This document shows positions 1 to 8,515 of a stretch of DNA of 64,000 nt, one piece after another. Position numbers and translations under genes: made by a program. Numbering within the stretch: position 1 is the stretch's first letter; each line of letters begins with the position of its first letter. Origin of the DNA: a bacterium (GTDB lineage Bacteria > Patescibacteriota > Saccharimonadia > Saccharimonadales > SZUA-47); NCBI GenBank assembly GCA_030428125.1, contig JAUIBF010000001.1, positions 14,102 through 78,101 on the forward strand, read 5' to 3'. The notes below the pieces were generated by a model. It saw only the letters and a list, made by a program, of their open reading frames with translations. It was not told where the DNA came from and did not search any database.

Positions 1-29
1 CTTTCATTTTTTGATTATCTCATAAACTA

Positions 30-56
30 AAAACAGACCCAGAAGGGTCCGTTCTT
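30..56 (-). terminator. Rho-independent terminator at the leftmost cassette boundary
   Basis: Minus strand AACGGACCC-TTCT-GGGTCTGTT-TTT, directly beside TGGCTC at 61-66. Confidence 0.7.
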
Positions 57-79
57 AGTTTGGCTCAAGTGTAGTAGTA

Positions 80-718
80 CTATTCTTTTGGTGATTTGAT
101 TAATAAATATCCAATCATCCAGAATTCGCCAATTGTTGCCGGCATTGGGAGTGCTTCAGTTAGTCCGTCTTGTTCCGGCAGTAAGATACCTGTGAAGGTT
201 GATAGGACGTAGCCAACACCACCTGCGACCAAAAACCACACCATTACTCTAGGCATTTTTGCTTTGTGTGCCGCATAGGCCATCGGCAACAGCCATAAAC
301 CAAAGAACAAAGTGCCAACTTGCCACAGTGTTTCGTGCGCTTCAAATAGCGTCTGAACAGTATCGCTACTACCACTAGCTAGAGCTGTGTTAAGTGCCAT
401 CAGCCAAAAAGCTGATGCAGCCAATATAACGACGGCATTTACCATGCCAAACGCGGCAATTAAACCAGCAGCAAAACTATCTTTTTTCTTAAATAATTTA
501 TAAAACCACACTGCTGCAAGTGCCTGGAATCCAACAATAAGAACTTCAGCGGCTATGCCTAGACGAGCAAGCGTTTCGTCTTTTACAAGATTAGCTGTTG
601 TTTGTGCCGCATCATCGACGACAAACAACTGATCTCTTGCAAATAAAAATGCGAAAACCCCAGTTATTGCTAGGCCTAAGTAAAATAATCCAGTCCACCT
701 TGCTGTTGTTAATTTCAT
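80..718 (-). CDS. DUF4386-family multi-pass membrane protein (cassette cargo)
   Basis: 212-aa hydrophobic ORF with ARxTGLFYL, FFGLWLLP and GEFWMIGYLLIK motifs recalled for DUF4386. Confidence 0.75.
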   Translation of the reverse strand: MKLTTARWTGLFYLGLAITGVFAFLFARDQLFVVDDAAQTTANLVKDETLARLGIAAEVLIVGFQALAAVWFYKLFKKKDSFAAGLIAAFGMVNAVVILAASAFWLMALNTALASGSSDTVQTLFEAHETLWQVGTLFFGLWLLPMAYAAHKAKMPRVMVWFLVAGGVGYVLSTFTGILLPEQDGLTEALPMPATIGEFWMIGYLLIKSPKE

Positions 719-742
719 TAGTATTCTCCTTTAATCGTGTAG

Positions 743-907
743 TTATTTGTCTGATTTGGTTTTAATTTCGTATGCAGCCATTAACAGAATCCCGGTTCCT
801 AGTCCGATAAACAAACCTGCCAGAAGTGCCCCCGTTAAAAAGCCGACACCCATGCCAATCAATAGGCAACCCGGTACAAATGCTGCACTTGGGCTATTCT
901 TTTTCAT
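743..907 (-). CDS. Small 54-aa Gly-rich membrane protein, missing from the ORF track
   Basis: Read manually: MKKNSPSAAFVPGCLLIGMGVGFLTGALLAGLFIGLGTGILLMAAYEIKTKSDK*; AAAGGA RBS upstream. Confidence 0.7.
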   Translation of the reverse strand: MKKNSPSAAFVPGCLLIGMGVGFLTGALLAGLFIGLGTGILLMAAYEIKTKSDK

Positions 908-953
908 AAAAAATCCTTTCCCTTTATCCTTGACTCCAGTGTCTCATAAATCT

Positions 954-980
954 AAAAACGAGCCAAAGTGGCTCGTTTTT
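954..980. terminator. Terminator hairpin at a cassette boundary
   Basis: Perfect 12-bp inverted repeat AAAAACGAGCCA / TGGCTCGTTTTT. Confidence 0.8.
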
Positions 981-983
981 ATT

Positions 984-1031
984 TGGTTCACAACAATAGA
1001 GCAAGTCATAACTGCAATTAAACAAGATTTA
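984..1031 (+). repeat. 48-bp att-like repeat, copy A
   Basis: tggttcacaacaatagagcaagtcataactgcaattaaacaagattta; 43/48 identical to copy B; core is TGGTTC. Confidence 0.9.
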
Positions 1032-1039
1032 GTCTTTAA

Positions 1040-1390
1040 CTAGGTATCGGTTTCTAGCGGAATCCAACCGCCTTTGCCATCGCTAAGTGCCTCAACCGTA
1101 GTAGTATGGTCAAAACATTGTTCAACGGCTTTAGCTATTACTTGCCGAGCACGTTCGTCATTTTCTACTTCGTCGACTGTCCCCGGTCTCATGCCGTAAT
1201 CATCACCGAGTACATCACTGCGGTCGGAGAAAACATAGACTCGTCCCTCTTCAGGTTGTTGCCATAGGACAAAATCCAGCCTTCCTCTCCAATAGTGTCT
1301 ACCAAAACTTACTGCATCGAAATCCCTTCGTTTTGTTTCGGGATCAAATTCTCCTAGTGCAACTATTTCTACGTTACCAACATCCGCCAT
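1040..1390 (-). CDS. Hypothetical protein (cassette cargo)
   Basis: ORF; ATG at 1390 follows a TTGACA-17-TATGGT promoter overlapping the boundary hairpin. Confidence 0.65.
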   Translation of the reverse strand: MADVGNVEIVALGEFDPETKRRDFDAVSFGRHYWRGRLDFVLWQQPEEGRVYVFSDRSDVLGDDYGMRPGTVDEVENDERARQVIAKAVEQCFDHTTTVEALSDGKGGWIPLETDT

Positions 1391-1433
1391 AATAAAAACA
1401 CCATACAATCATAAATGTATAGTGTCAATATTT

Positions 1434-1481
1434 TGGCTCACAACGATAGAGGCAGTCATAACTGCAATTAAGCAAGATTTA
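1434..1481 (+). repeat. 48-bp att-like repeat, copy B
   Basis: tggctcacaacgatagaggcagtcataactgcaattaagcaagattta; preceded by hairpin 1398-1425. Confidence 0.9.
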
Positions 1482-1934
1482 CTTATTACTTAGTTCTACG
1501 AGTCTATCTACAAATACTCGCTTCCAGTACCACATTGAAACCCAACCAAACAAAGGTTTTGCAAAAATTCGTAACAATACGTTTGCTTTGGAGAGGTCAT
1601 ACATATACGAATATGTAATTTTTGTACCTTCTTCCGTATCTTCCATTAAAAATTCTTCATGACCTGTTGCCTTGAATTTATGATTTTTATTGTCAGATAT
1701 GAAACCTTTTCCGGGAACGAGGGTTGTTCGCATGGTGACGGGTATTGGCGGTATGCCTAGTGACTTTGCCTTTGCATGTATCAAGAGATTGTTCCCATCT
1801 CTTTCAATAATTTCTATTGAGTGAGCTACTTTTGGGAAGTACTTTGGCATGTTTTCAAAGTCGCTTACAATTTTGTACATCGAATCTCGCTGTGCTTTAA
1901 CTATCCAAGAGGCTTTGAGGTGTATTTTCTTCAT
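1479..1934 (-). CDS. SRPBCC (START/polyketide cyclase-like) family protein (cassette cargo)
   Basis: 151 aa; YKIVSDFENMPKYFP N-terminal motif and EGTKITY strand typical of SRPBCC. Confidence 0.75.
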   Translation of the reverse strand: MKKIHLKASWIVKAQRDSMYKIVSDFENMPKYFPKVAHSIEIIERDGNNLLIHAKAKSLGIPPIPVTMRTTLVPGKGFISDNKNHKFKATGHEEFLMEDTEEGTKITYSYMYDLSKANVLLRIFAKPLFGWVSMWYWKRVFVDRLVELSNK

Positions 1935-1998
1935 AATTTAATCATACCCCAAAATAGAATAAGAGGCACTAGACCTCTGTTATTCTTGGTTATAACTT

Positions 1999-2046
1999 TG
2001 GCTCACAACAATAGAGGAAGTTATAACTGTGACTAAACAGGACCTA
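1999..2046 (+). repeat. 48-bp att-like repeat, copy C
   Basis: tggctcacaacaatagaggaagttataactgtgactaaacaggaccta; 38/48 identical to copy B; preceded by hairpin 1956-1986. Confidence 0.85.
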
Positions 2047-2048
2047 AC

Positions 2049-2567
2049 TTACTCTTTTTTTGACGAATCTCTGTCGTAGTAACGTTTGACCATGTATACT
2101 CTCGCGAGCGATTCAACTAAAAGAAGACCTAGTAAAAAGGCGACAATTATAGGGAAAACTCCGGTTTCGGGCAGTATATCTTGTTCTGCAAATATTTTAA
2201 TAACAATAAGTGCTGCAAGAGATAATGCAGCTTCCTTATTAGTGTGAAGTACAACAGCCTTATATTTTGGGTAAGCTCTGATGTATGTAGTTTTTGCACG
2301 ATAAGCTCCAAACCAAATACCAAGTATAACGCCAGCTGCAATTGCAAATATGTGTAAAAAACTATTTGCGATGTCAGTAGCCACTAGTGTGCCTACAATA
2401 ATAATTGCAACTAAAGGCTCCAAATACTGCATACGGAGCGTTCGAAAGCGATGAAATTTCTTTAAAGTAATATCATCATTTTCCTTTACAATTGCATTGC
2501 TGCGCCTAAACTCTTTAGCAATGACTACTAATAGCACTAAAACAGCTAATGTACTAAATTGCTCCAT
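2049..2567 (-). CDS. Membrane protein, possibly CcdC/DUF1453-like (cassette cargo)
   Basis: 172 aa with about 5 hydrophobic segments; G..G..RAKTT pattern. Confidence 0.55.
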   Translation of the reverse strand: MEQFSTLAVLVLLVVIAKEFRRSNAIVKENDDITLKKFHRFRTLRMQYLEPLVAIIIVGTLVATDIANSFLHIFAIAAGVILGIWFGAYRAKTTYIRAYPKYKAVVLHTNKEAALSLAALIVIKIFAEQDILPETGVFPIIVAFLLGLLLVESLARVYMVKRYYDRDSSKKE

Positions 2568-2646
2568 GGCCTTAAGTCTCCTATCTACAATCTATTTAAT
2601 AAAATTATACTAGTATCTGGATTTAAATTCTATTCTGGGCATACAA

Positions 2647-2735
2647 AAGTCAGAACCATATCTACAGTTCTGACTTAGTCTTTCTTGGTTTGGCTCTCCC
2701 TAGTGGACATACTCCGCAACGAACAAGACTATTTA
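2647..2735 (+). repeat. Divergent cassette boundary (hairpin + TGGCTC core + arm)
   Basis: Perfect 10-bp IR AAGTCAGAAC/GTTCTGACTT (2647-2676), then TGGCTC at 2691 reading WLSLVDILRN in the same phase as the other arms. Confidence 0.7.
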
Positions 2736-2755
2736 TGTAATAACAATTCTATTAA

Positions 2756-3070
2756 CTATACGTTAGAAAAACTGGCCTTAATCGCGAAGTAACGACGACG
2801 TCTCCAGTCTACGCCATTTTGTTTGAGGCAGTACTTAAACTTACGGTAATTCATAGTGTGTTTTGCGCCGTTACACATGTAGCAAGATGCAACCAAGTTG
2901 TTAAGTTCTGTTTTCCCACCTTTAGAAAAGGGTATCTTGTGGTCAACATGAAACCCTTTGACGCTAAGTTCTATGCCGCAATAATGACAACTACCTTTAT
3001 CAAGGTTATAAACCTCAGTTCTTTGCAGACTATTTGCATATCTAAGTACCGCCTCGGCCATAATTTGCAT
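2756..3070 (-). CDS. HNH endonuclease (tRNA-proximal cassette)
   Basis: CHYC...HVDHKIPFSKGG...NLVASCYMCNGAK HNH signature. Confidence 0.9.
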   Translation of the reverse strand: MQIMAEAVLRYANSLQRTEVYNLDKGSCHYCGIELSVKGFHVDHKIPFSKGGKTELNNLVASCYMCNGAKHTMNYRKFKYCLKQNGVDWRRRRYFAIKASFSNV

Positions 3071-3139
3071 ATTCTACAACAAAAGTATTAAAAAGTCAAT
3101 ATATACACTTAGCTTACCTTAGTTGCGAAGTGCGTACAT

Positions 3140-3214
3140 TGGCTCCGGAGACTGGATTCGAACCAGCGACCTCGAAGTTAACAGCTTCTTGCTCTACCAC
3201 TGAGCTACTCCGGA
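3140..3214 (-). tRNA. tRNA-Asn (GTT)
   Basis: Reverse complement TCCGGAGTAGCTCAGTGGTAGAGCAAGAAGCT-GTT-AACTTCGAGGTCGCTGGTTCGAATCCAGTCTCCGGAGCCA folds as a cloverleaf with encoded CCA. Confidence 0.97.
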
Positions 3215-3247
3215 ATATCTTCTTATGTCTCTTGTTGCTCAGGAAAA

Positions 3248-3314
3248 GAGCAGCCGGAGCGTCGGATTTATTCCGCGCACCGCGCGATGAGAAAAACCTG
3301 GGTTTTTCTCATGA
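3248..3314. repeat. Structured REP-like double-hairpin element, copy 1
   Basis: Shares CGGATTTATTCCG, GCGCGATGAG and CTCATGA with the reverse complement of 31700-31768. Confidence 0.7.
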
Positions 3315-3337
3315 GCGAAGCGACATATCAGAGGTAG

Positions 3338-3366
3338 ATTATACGTTTTTTTGAGATTATCGTCAA
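3338..3366 (-). promoter_or_regulatory. Sigma70 promoter of tRNA-Asn
   Basis: TTGACG-N17-TATAAT on the minus strand. Confidence 0.8.
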
Positions 3367-3418
3367 TTTAAAACTTTGCCCTTTATCTTTTACACTCAAA
3401 CAATATACTAGAACCTGT

Positions 3419-4195
3419 ATGACTATTATTGAGGCGATGTTACTTGGGCTGGTACAAGGGTTAACAGAATTCATACCTGTTTCTAGTTCAGGGCATTTGA
3501 TAATTGCACATGAATTATTTGATACCACAAGTGATAGTTTGGCTTTTGATGTAGCGCTGCATATAGGAACTTTGCTCGCACTACTACTATTCTTTAAAAA
3601 AGACATTATGAAATTACTAAAAAACTTGTTTAAGAAAAACAAGGATGGAGCTCTGGCTAGATTAATCCTATATGCCACTATCCCGGCTGTAATAGTTGGT
3701 TTGTTATTCGGTGGAATCATTGATGATCACGCTAGGACTACGCTAGTAGTAGCGTGTACGCTAGGGGTAGTAGGAGTAATTATGCTTCTGTCAGAAAAGT
3801 GCGCTAGCAGTAGTGTGGATAAGGATAACGTCCCGTCGACGAAACAGGGGTTAATTGTAGGTTTTGCGCAGAGTTTAGCATTAATCCCTGGAGTTTCTAG
3901 GTCAGGCGCAACAATGACAGCAGGCTTCTTTGTGGGAATGAGCAGAGAGCAAGCTGCAAGATTTTCGTTTCTGCTATCCATACCTATAATTGCCGGATCA
4001 GCTGCAGGAATAATGATTAGGGATGCAGACTCCCTGAACTTTGATTCAACTTTATTAATAGGAGTTATTACTGCATTTGCAAGTGGGCTGTTCGCCATTA
4101 AATTTATGTTACGAATAATTGGCAAGGTTGGTTTGAAACCTTTTGCATACTACAGAATCGTGATGGCTGCAGTGGTAGCGTTGTTTTTAGTGTAG
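3419..4195 (+). CDS. uppP: Undecaprenyl-diphosphate phosphatase
   Basis: QGLTEFIPVSSSGH and PGVSRSG BacA/UppP motifs. Confidence 0.95.
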   Translation: MTIIEAMLLGLVQGLTEFIPVSSSGHLIIAHELFDTTSDSLAFDVALHIGTLLALLLFFKKDIMKLLKNLFKKNKDGALARLILYATIPAVIVGLLFGGIIDDHARTTLVVACTLGVVGVIMLLSEKCASSSVDKDNVPSTKQGLIVGFAQSLALIPGVSRSGATMTAGFFVGMSREQAARFSFLLSIPIIAGSAAGIMIRDADSLNFDSTLLIGVITAFASGLFAIKFMLRIIGKVGLKPFAYYRIVMAAVVALFLV

Positions 4196-4226
4196 AATAG
4201 TTGTAAGAAGCATAAGGGAGATAAAA

Positions 4227-4976
4227 ATGACGATTAACATCACGCCCAAAAAGCTATTAAAAATTGTAGAAATACTTTTATTGGTAGTAATTCTTGGGTT
4301 ATTAGTGTGGTCACAACCATGGGAAAGTGAATCTAGCGCACAGACCAGAACTATAACTGTGAACGGCGAAGGAACGGTTGAGGCAGCTCCAGATGAATTT
4401 GTATTGTCGCCATACTTTCAACTAAGTGGTACCGACGAAAAAGAGATTCAGGCTCAGTTAACTCAGCAGGCAAACACTGCAGTAGAAGAGATAAAAAAGC
4501 TTGGTGTGTCTGAGGACAAAATTGAACTAGATGCAAGTAGTTATGATTACTGGTACGCACGAGAAGATGGTGAAGGCACCTTAACTATACAATTGACCAT
4601 AACACTGAACGATGAAGATACGGCACAAAAAGTTCAAGATTACTTATTAACATTAGATAATATAGAGGGCCAACTAACACCTCGTGCAGGTTTCAGTAAA
4701 GAAAAATCTAAGGAACTAGAAAATGAGGCAACCGACAAAGCGATCGAAGATGCAAGGCAGCGTGCCAATAGGCAAGCCGAATCATTAAACGCTGAAGTAG
4801 GTGAGGTGATTACAGTTGGAGACAATGGCTATACTGACGGACCAGTACTTTATGACGATTTAGGAACAGCAGAATTGCGAGTAACTGAAGACAGTCAAAG
4901 CAGCACTTCCTTACCAGTGTTACCGGGTACAGATGAATATACAAAAACGATTAACGTTACATTTGAGTTAAAATAG
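4227..4976 (+). CDS. SIMPL (DUF541) domain protein
   Basis: RTITVNGEGTVEAAPD and AIEDARQRA motifs, C-terminal VTFEL, N-terminal TM segment. Confidence 0.85.
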   Translation: MTINITPKKLLKIVEILLLVVILGLLVWSQPWESESSAQTRTITVNGEGTVEAAPDEFVLSPYFQLSGTDEKEIQAQLTQQANTAVEEIKKLGVSEDKIELDASSYDYWYAREDGEGTLTIQLTITLNDEDTAQKVQDYLLTLDNIEGQLTPRAGFSKEKSKELENEATDKAIEDARQRANRQAESLNAEVGEVITVGDNGYTDGPVLYDDLGTAELRVTEDSQSSTSLPVLPGTDEYTKTINVTFELK

Positions 4977-4980
4977 ATAC

Positions 4981-5652
4981 ATGGCTAAAGGAAACAATAC
5001 AACTATGAAGAAAGCGCTAATAGCGTTGAATGTTCTAGTGATTCTAGGACTTGGGGGTGCTTCAGCGTATTTATTCTTAGAGAATAAAGATTTAAATGAC
5101 CAACTAACTTTAACAACTGAAGAAAAGAACAGAAGGCTGGTTGAAGAAATTAACGACGTTTACGATTTGCCGGACGAAGAACCGGTAGTAGCAGTCGTTA
5201 CCGATCCAGAACAATTTAAGAGTGAGTATCCAGTTTTTGAAAATGCAGAAAGTGGAGATTACCTTCTGTTTTTCCGTAAAGCTAGGTTGAATGTTCTATA
5301 TCGCCAGGATGAGAAGCGAGTAGTTAAGACTGCCGATGTAGCAGTGCCAGTGTCGGTAGAAATCATTGGTTCTGAAAGTGCACTGTCTGAAATAGAAAAA
5401 AAACTTGCTGATTTCGGCGATCAGATTTCGGTAACTAAAACTGTAAAAGACGGAGTAACTCAAAGTTTTGTTTTAGATCTTGACGAGGATCAGGGGGCGG
5501 AGACAAAAAGTATTTCCGATCTGCTAGGGCTTGATATAGGGACTACGCTAACAGCAGGAATTGAACCGAATTCTCAGACCGAAATCGTGATTGTGGTAGC
5601 AGGGGATAAAACTTCAGCACCGGCTGCTGAAGCAGAACCTACTAGCGAGTAG
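4981..5652 (+). CDS. Membrane-anchored hypothetical protein
   Basis: N-terminal TM segment; LPDEEPVVAVVTD..FENAESGD motif; LytR_C-like tail. Confidence 0.7.
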   Translation: MAKGNNTTMKKALIALNVLVILGLGGASAYLFLENKDLNDQLTLTTEEKNRRLVEEINDVYDLPDEEPVVAVVTDPEQFKSEYPVFENAESGDYLLFFRKARLNVLYRQDEKRVVKTADVAVPVSVEIIGSESALSEIEKKLADFGDQISVTKTVKDGVTQSFVLDLDEDQGAETKSISDLLGLDIGTTLTAGIEPNSQTEIVIVVAGDKTSAPAAEAEPTSE

Positions 5653-6655
5653 TATTAACAGACTTTTTCTTAATCGTAACGTTTTCATCAGGTAGACCCA
5701 GGGCTCGGGCGAGTCGAGAGCGTTGCCATTCTTGCACTCGATCAACATGGCTTTCGTGCTTTACTGGCATTAAATCTCCGGTAATAAATATTGGCTCTTT
5801 TTCTGGGCCACGGTCCCAAATAACCGAAGGCAGAACTGCACCGTGTTTCAGCACACTGATAATAGCGTAACTAGCTTGTTCAAGTTCTACGCGCTCGGGA
5901 TTATAACGGTCGTCACCAGTAACCTCTGCAGTTGTTCCTTCCCATGCCATGAATAGTCTCTTTTTAGGTAGGGGGTGGATTGTCATCATGTCAGGTAAGT
6001 GTCCAAAACCTGCAGGCAGCCAATCTAACACTTCTCGTCTCATGCGTTTATTGTTATCATCAACCAAATTATCAAATTTGATGTCTCCTGGTAGGTGGAT
6101 TTTATCGATCACCTTGCGCATAGTGTCTGTGCGTGGAAAACTCAAAAAAGTATTACCTTCTTTTTGGACGACTTCAGACGCTGCCATACTGAATGCTTGA
6201 AGGGTAGATACACCACGACTGATAATCAGTCCATTTGTCGAAATAATCTCATGCCACGGGGTTTCAAATAATTCGTGCTCAGCATAAGTTGCTGCAGCTT
6301 GTTCTACCGCAACATCAGGCATTTTCTGATGAGTAGTAACAGGAAAAATATGCATCTCTGAACGTTTTCTGCGCAGCAACCCCATCAAGGTCTCCTGCCT
6401 GATAAAAGCATCTTTTATGTAAGGATATAGCCGTTCATCAGCGGCTGTCGCAAGAGCATCTAGTTCTTCGGGCGTTGTTGGCACTGCTGGCATATGGACT
6501 GTTCGTAAATCCTGGGAAGGGTTCCTAACAGGATCAAAATCTAACTTCTCAAACAACCCAGCGTTTCTGTCAATATGAGCAGTAGTGGTAGAAGCTAATT
6601 CATCATAAATTGCACGTTGCTGATCATAGGGTATATGTTCTGCCAAGACTTCCAT
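5642..6655 (-). CDS. Divergent lysophospholipid/glycerolipid acyltransferase-like protein
   Basis: HX4D (HQKMPD) after a hydrophobic strand, FPR, and AWEGT resembling the FPEGT block. Confidence 0.5.
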   Translation of the reverse strand: MEVLAEHIPYDQQRAIYDELASTTTAHIDRNAGLFEKLDFDPVRNPSQDLRTVHMPAVPTTPEELDALATAADERLYPYIKDAFIRQETLMGLLRRKRSEMHIFPVTTHQKMPDVAVEQAAATYAEHELFETPWHEIISTNGLIISRGVSTLQAFSMAASEVVQKEGNTFLSFPRTDTMRKVIDKIHLPGDIKFDNLVDDNNKRMRREVLDWLPAGFGHLPDMMTIHPLPKKRLFMAWEGTTAEVTGDDRYNPERVELEQASYAIISVLKHGAVLPSVIWDRGPEKEPIFITGDLMPVKHESHVDRVQEWQRSRLARALGLPDENVTIKKKSVNTTR

Positions 6656-6859
6656 TTGTAAAAATCATTATAACATTATTTAAATAGTAGAGAAAATTAC
6701 TATATCTAGCGTAGTTTTATGGTGCTACACTACCATTGGTATACAAACCATTAAAAGTAAAAACAAACTGGAAGTAGGGTGAAATTCCCTCGCAGTGCCG
6801 CTACGGTTATAGCCCGATACAGTAAAAATTTCCCGAGCAGGAAGAAGTAAGCAAAATCT

Positions 6860-8305
6860 TTGTATATTGCCCTCTTTTCTACTCTGGATAAAGAGGGTTT
6901 TTTAGTGTCTCCAATCTCACCAGAAGGATTAGTAGTTGAAGCTCGAGACATCGAGGCAGATGCTCAATTGCAACGCAGAGCTAGTGGCTTAATTGGTGGT
7001 TTGGTTACAAATAATGAATTTGAAGTTGAGCAAGTAGATGTTGTAGGTGATGTGCAGTCAAATGTGCCGAGAAATTTATCAGAAGCATTGGAAGCGGCAC
7101 GTGATGGGGATGAGGTAGCTCTAGAGATGGTAAGAAGTAATGTAACAACTGATTACTTTGAACGAGCGTATAAATCAGGTTTTGTTTCAGAGGTCACATT
7201 ATCACGTCGTCCTAACGGAGATATCGAACAGTATGGACAAAGCATAGAAGACGTTCATATGAACAGTCTGAGGTTTTTGGGTAACGAAAAGCTAATTGAT
7301 AGAGCAAAAGTCGAAACGCTAAACAGCGTCAGAGATAGACATTATGTAAATAGTGGACTACTCAAGGATAATGCACGAGTAACTTTTTCTCTGGTTCATG
7401 ACCAAATGGACGACGAGGAAGCATCTGAGGTAGGATTTTTCGTTCATACCAGATCTATATCTATCCAGGTAATGACAGAACGCGAAGACGGAGAGATTAT
7501 CGTCCAGTCTGCGTTTGTTGCTGGAAGAGAAAACCTAAGCTCAGAAATTTTTGATAGGTCTGCCGTAATTAGACTGGCGGAAAAGCTGGGTGTAGATTAT
7601 TCAGATTGTGGTAGCGAGGATATATTGGGTAGACCACTAGTTGTAAATAAAAGTATGATTCCGAATTTAAGTTTATCGATTGTTGAAATGTTTGATGTTG
7701 CTGCCACTGAAGTAACGGGTAGGGATAAGTTTTTTGGTAGAGATACCGACAGTGATCACGACAAAGATTACCTAGAAAAAATGAAAGAAAGCCAAAAGTT
7801 AACATCCAGCATGAAGGAGAATATCGATTCCGTCGTCAGCGAGTTAGTGAACTTTAGAGCGGATACACCATTGCAAGCAACCGAAAAGTTAGCTGAACTG
7901 AACGACAAGTTGTTAAAGGAAAGAATTGTGGTTGATGAAAGCATAGATGCTAGAGTCCTTGGGGTCGAAACTGCATACCACGTTAATCATGCACGTGCCA
8001 TATTGTCTTCAAACGTACTTGCCAGAGAGCAACAGCATAGGCAGTTACAAATTCTACAAAGAAAAATTAATCTCGGGAACTCTAGTTCGTGTCCTGGAGG
8101 TGCTGGTGGCAATAAAACTGACGAACTTAGTGATATTTTTGATTTAGCTAGTACTTTGGTAGATAATCAGGATGAATCAGATTCAGAAAGTTTGGAAGAT
8201 TGTGAATTTGTTTCCAAAGAGTGTCCGAAGTGTGGAGAAAAAAATGTCAAAACAGAATGCAAAGACGGAGTTTACTACGGTGCCTGTGGGTGCGCGAGTG
8301 AATAA
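6860..8305 (+). CDS. Hypothetical protein with C-terminal Zn ribbon (start uncertain)
   Basis: Long acidic ORF ending C..CPKC..C..CGC. Confidence 0.7.
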   Translation: MYIALFSTLDKEGFLVSPISPEGLVVEARDIEADAQLQRRASGLIGGLVTNNEFEVEQVDVVGDVQSNVPRNLSEALEAARDGDEVALEMVRSNVTTDYFERAYKSGFVSEVTLSRRPNGDIEQYGQSIEDVHMNSLRFLGNEKLIDRAKVETLNSVRDRHYVNSGLLKDNARVTFSLVHDQMDDEEASEVGFFVHTRSISIQVMTEREDGEIIVQSAFVAGRENLSSEIFDRSAVIRLAEKLGVDYSDCGSEDILGRPLVVNKSMIPNLSLSIVEMFDVAATEVTGRDKFFGRDTDSDHDKDYLEKMKESQKLTSSMKENIDSVVSELVNFRADTPLQATEKLAELNDKLLKERIVVDESIDARVLGVETAYHVNHARAILSSNVLAREQQHRQLQILQRKINLGNSSSCPGGAGGNKTDELSDIFDLASTLVDNQDESDSESLEDCEFVSKECPKCGEKNVKTECKDGVYYGACGCASE

Positions 8306-8308
8306 GTC

Positions 8309-8515
8309 ATGAAGCACCAACACCTATCTGTAGACGAATATCATAAACAACAAGCTGATTGTGATGAGTTATGCAACATAACTGAACTCATGGTTGAGGA
8401 TAATCCAAACATGATGATGTGTGTAACCTGTCCTTTTTGTAAAGAATTGGTTAATGCCATTTTGACTGATACAACAATCGCTTGCCCTGAATGTAAAGTG
8501 GTGGTTAATAGATGA
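8309..8515 (+). CDS. Small Zn-ribbon protein
   Basis: CPFC...CPEC; tightly coupled to its neighbours. Confidence 0.7.
   Translation: MKHQHLSVDEYHKQQADCDELCNITELMVEDNPNMMMCVTCPFCKELVNAILTDTTIACPECKVVVNR

Noticed and set aside
747..1043. 98-aa plus-strand ORF
   Set aside because: It is the antisense shadow of the 54-aa membrane gene and crosses a terminator; only its last codons correspond to the att arm.
984..2046. The 48-bp repeats as a CRISPR array or as attC sites
   Set aside because: The intervals are 400-650 bp and contain whole genes; there are no cas genes; the repeats lack RYYYAAC/GTTRRRY boxes and internal palindromy.
3130..3354. 74-aa ORF containing APETGFEPAT
   Set aside because: Antisense reading of tRNA-Asn; no integrase domain upstream.
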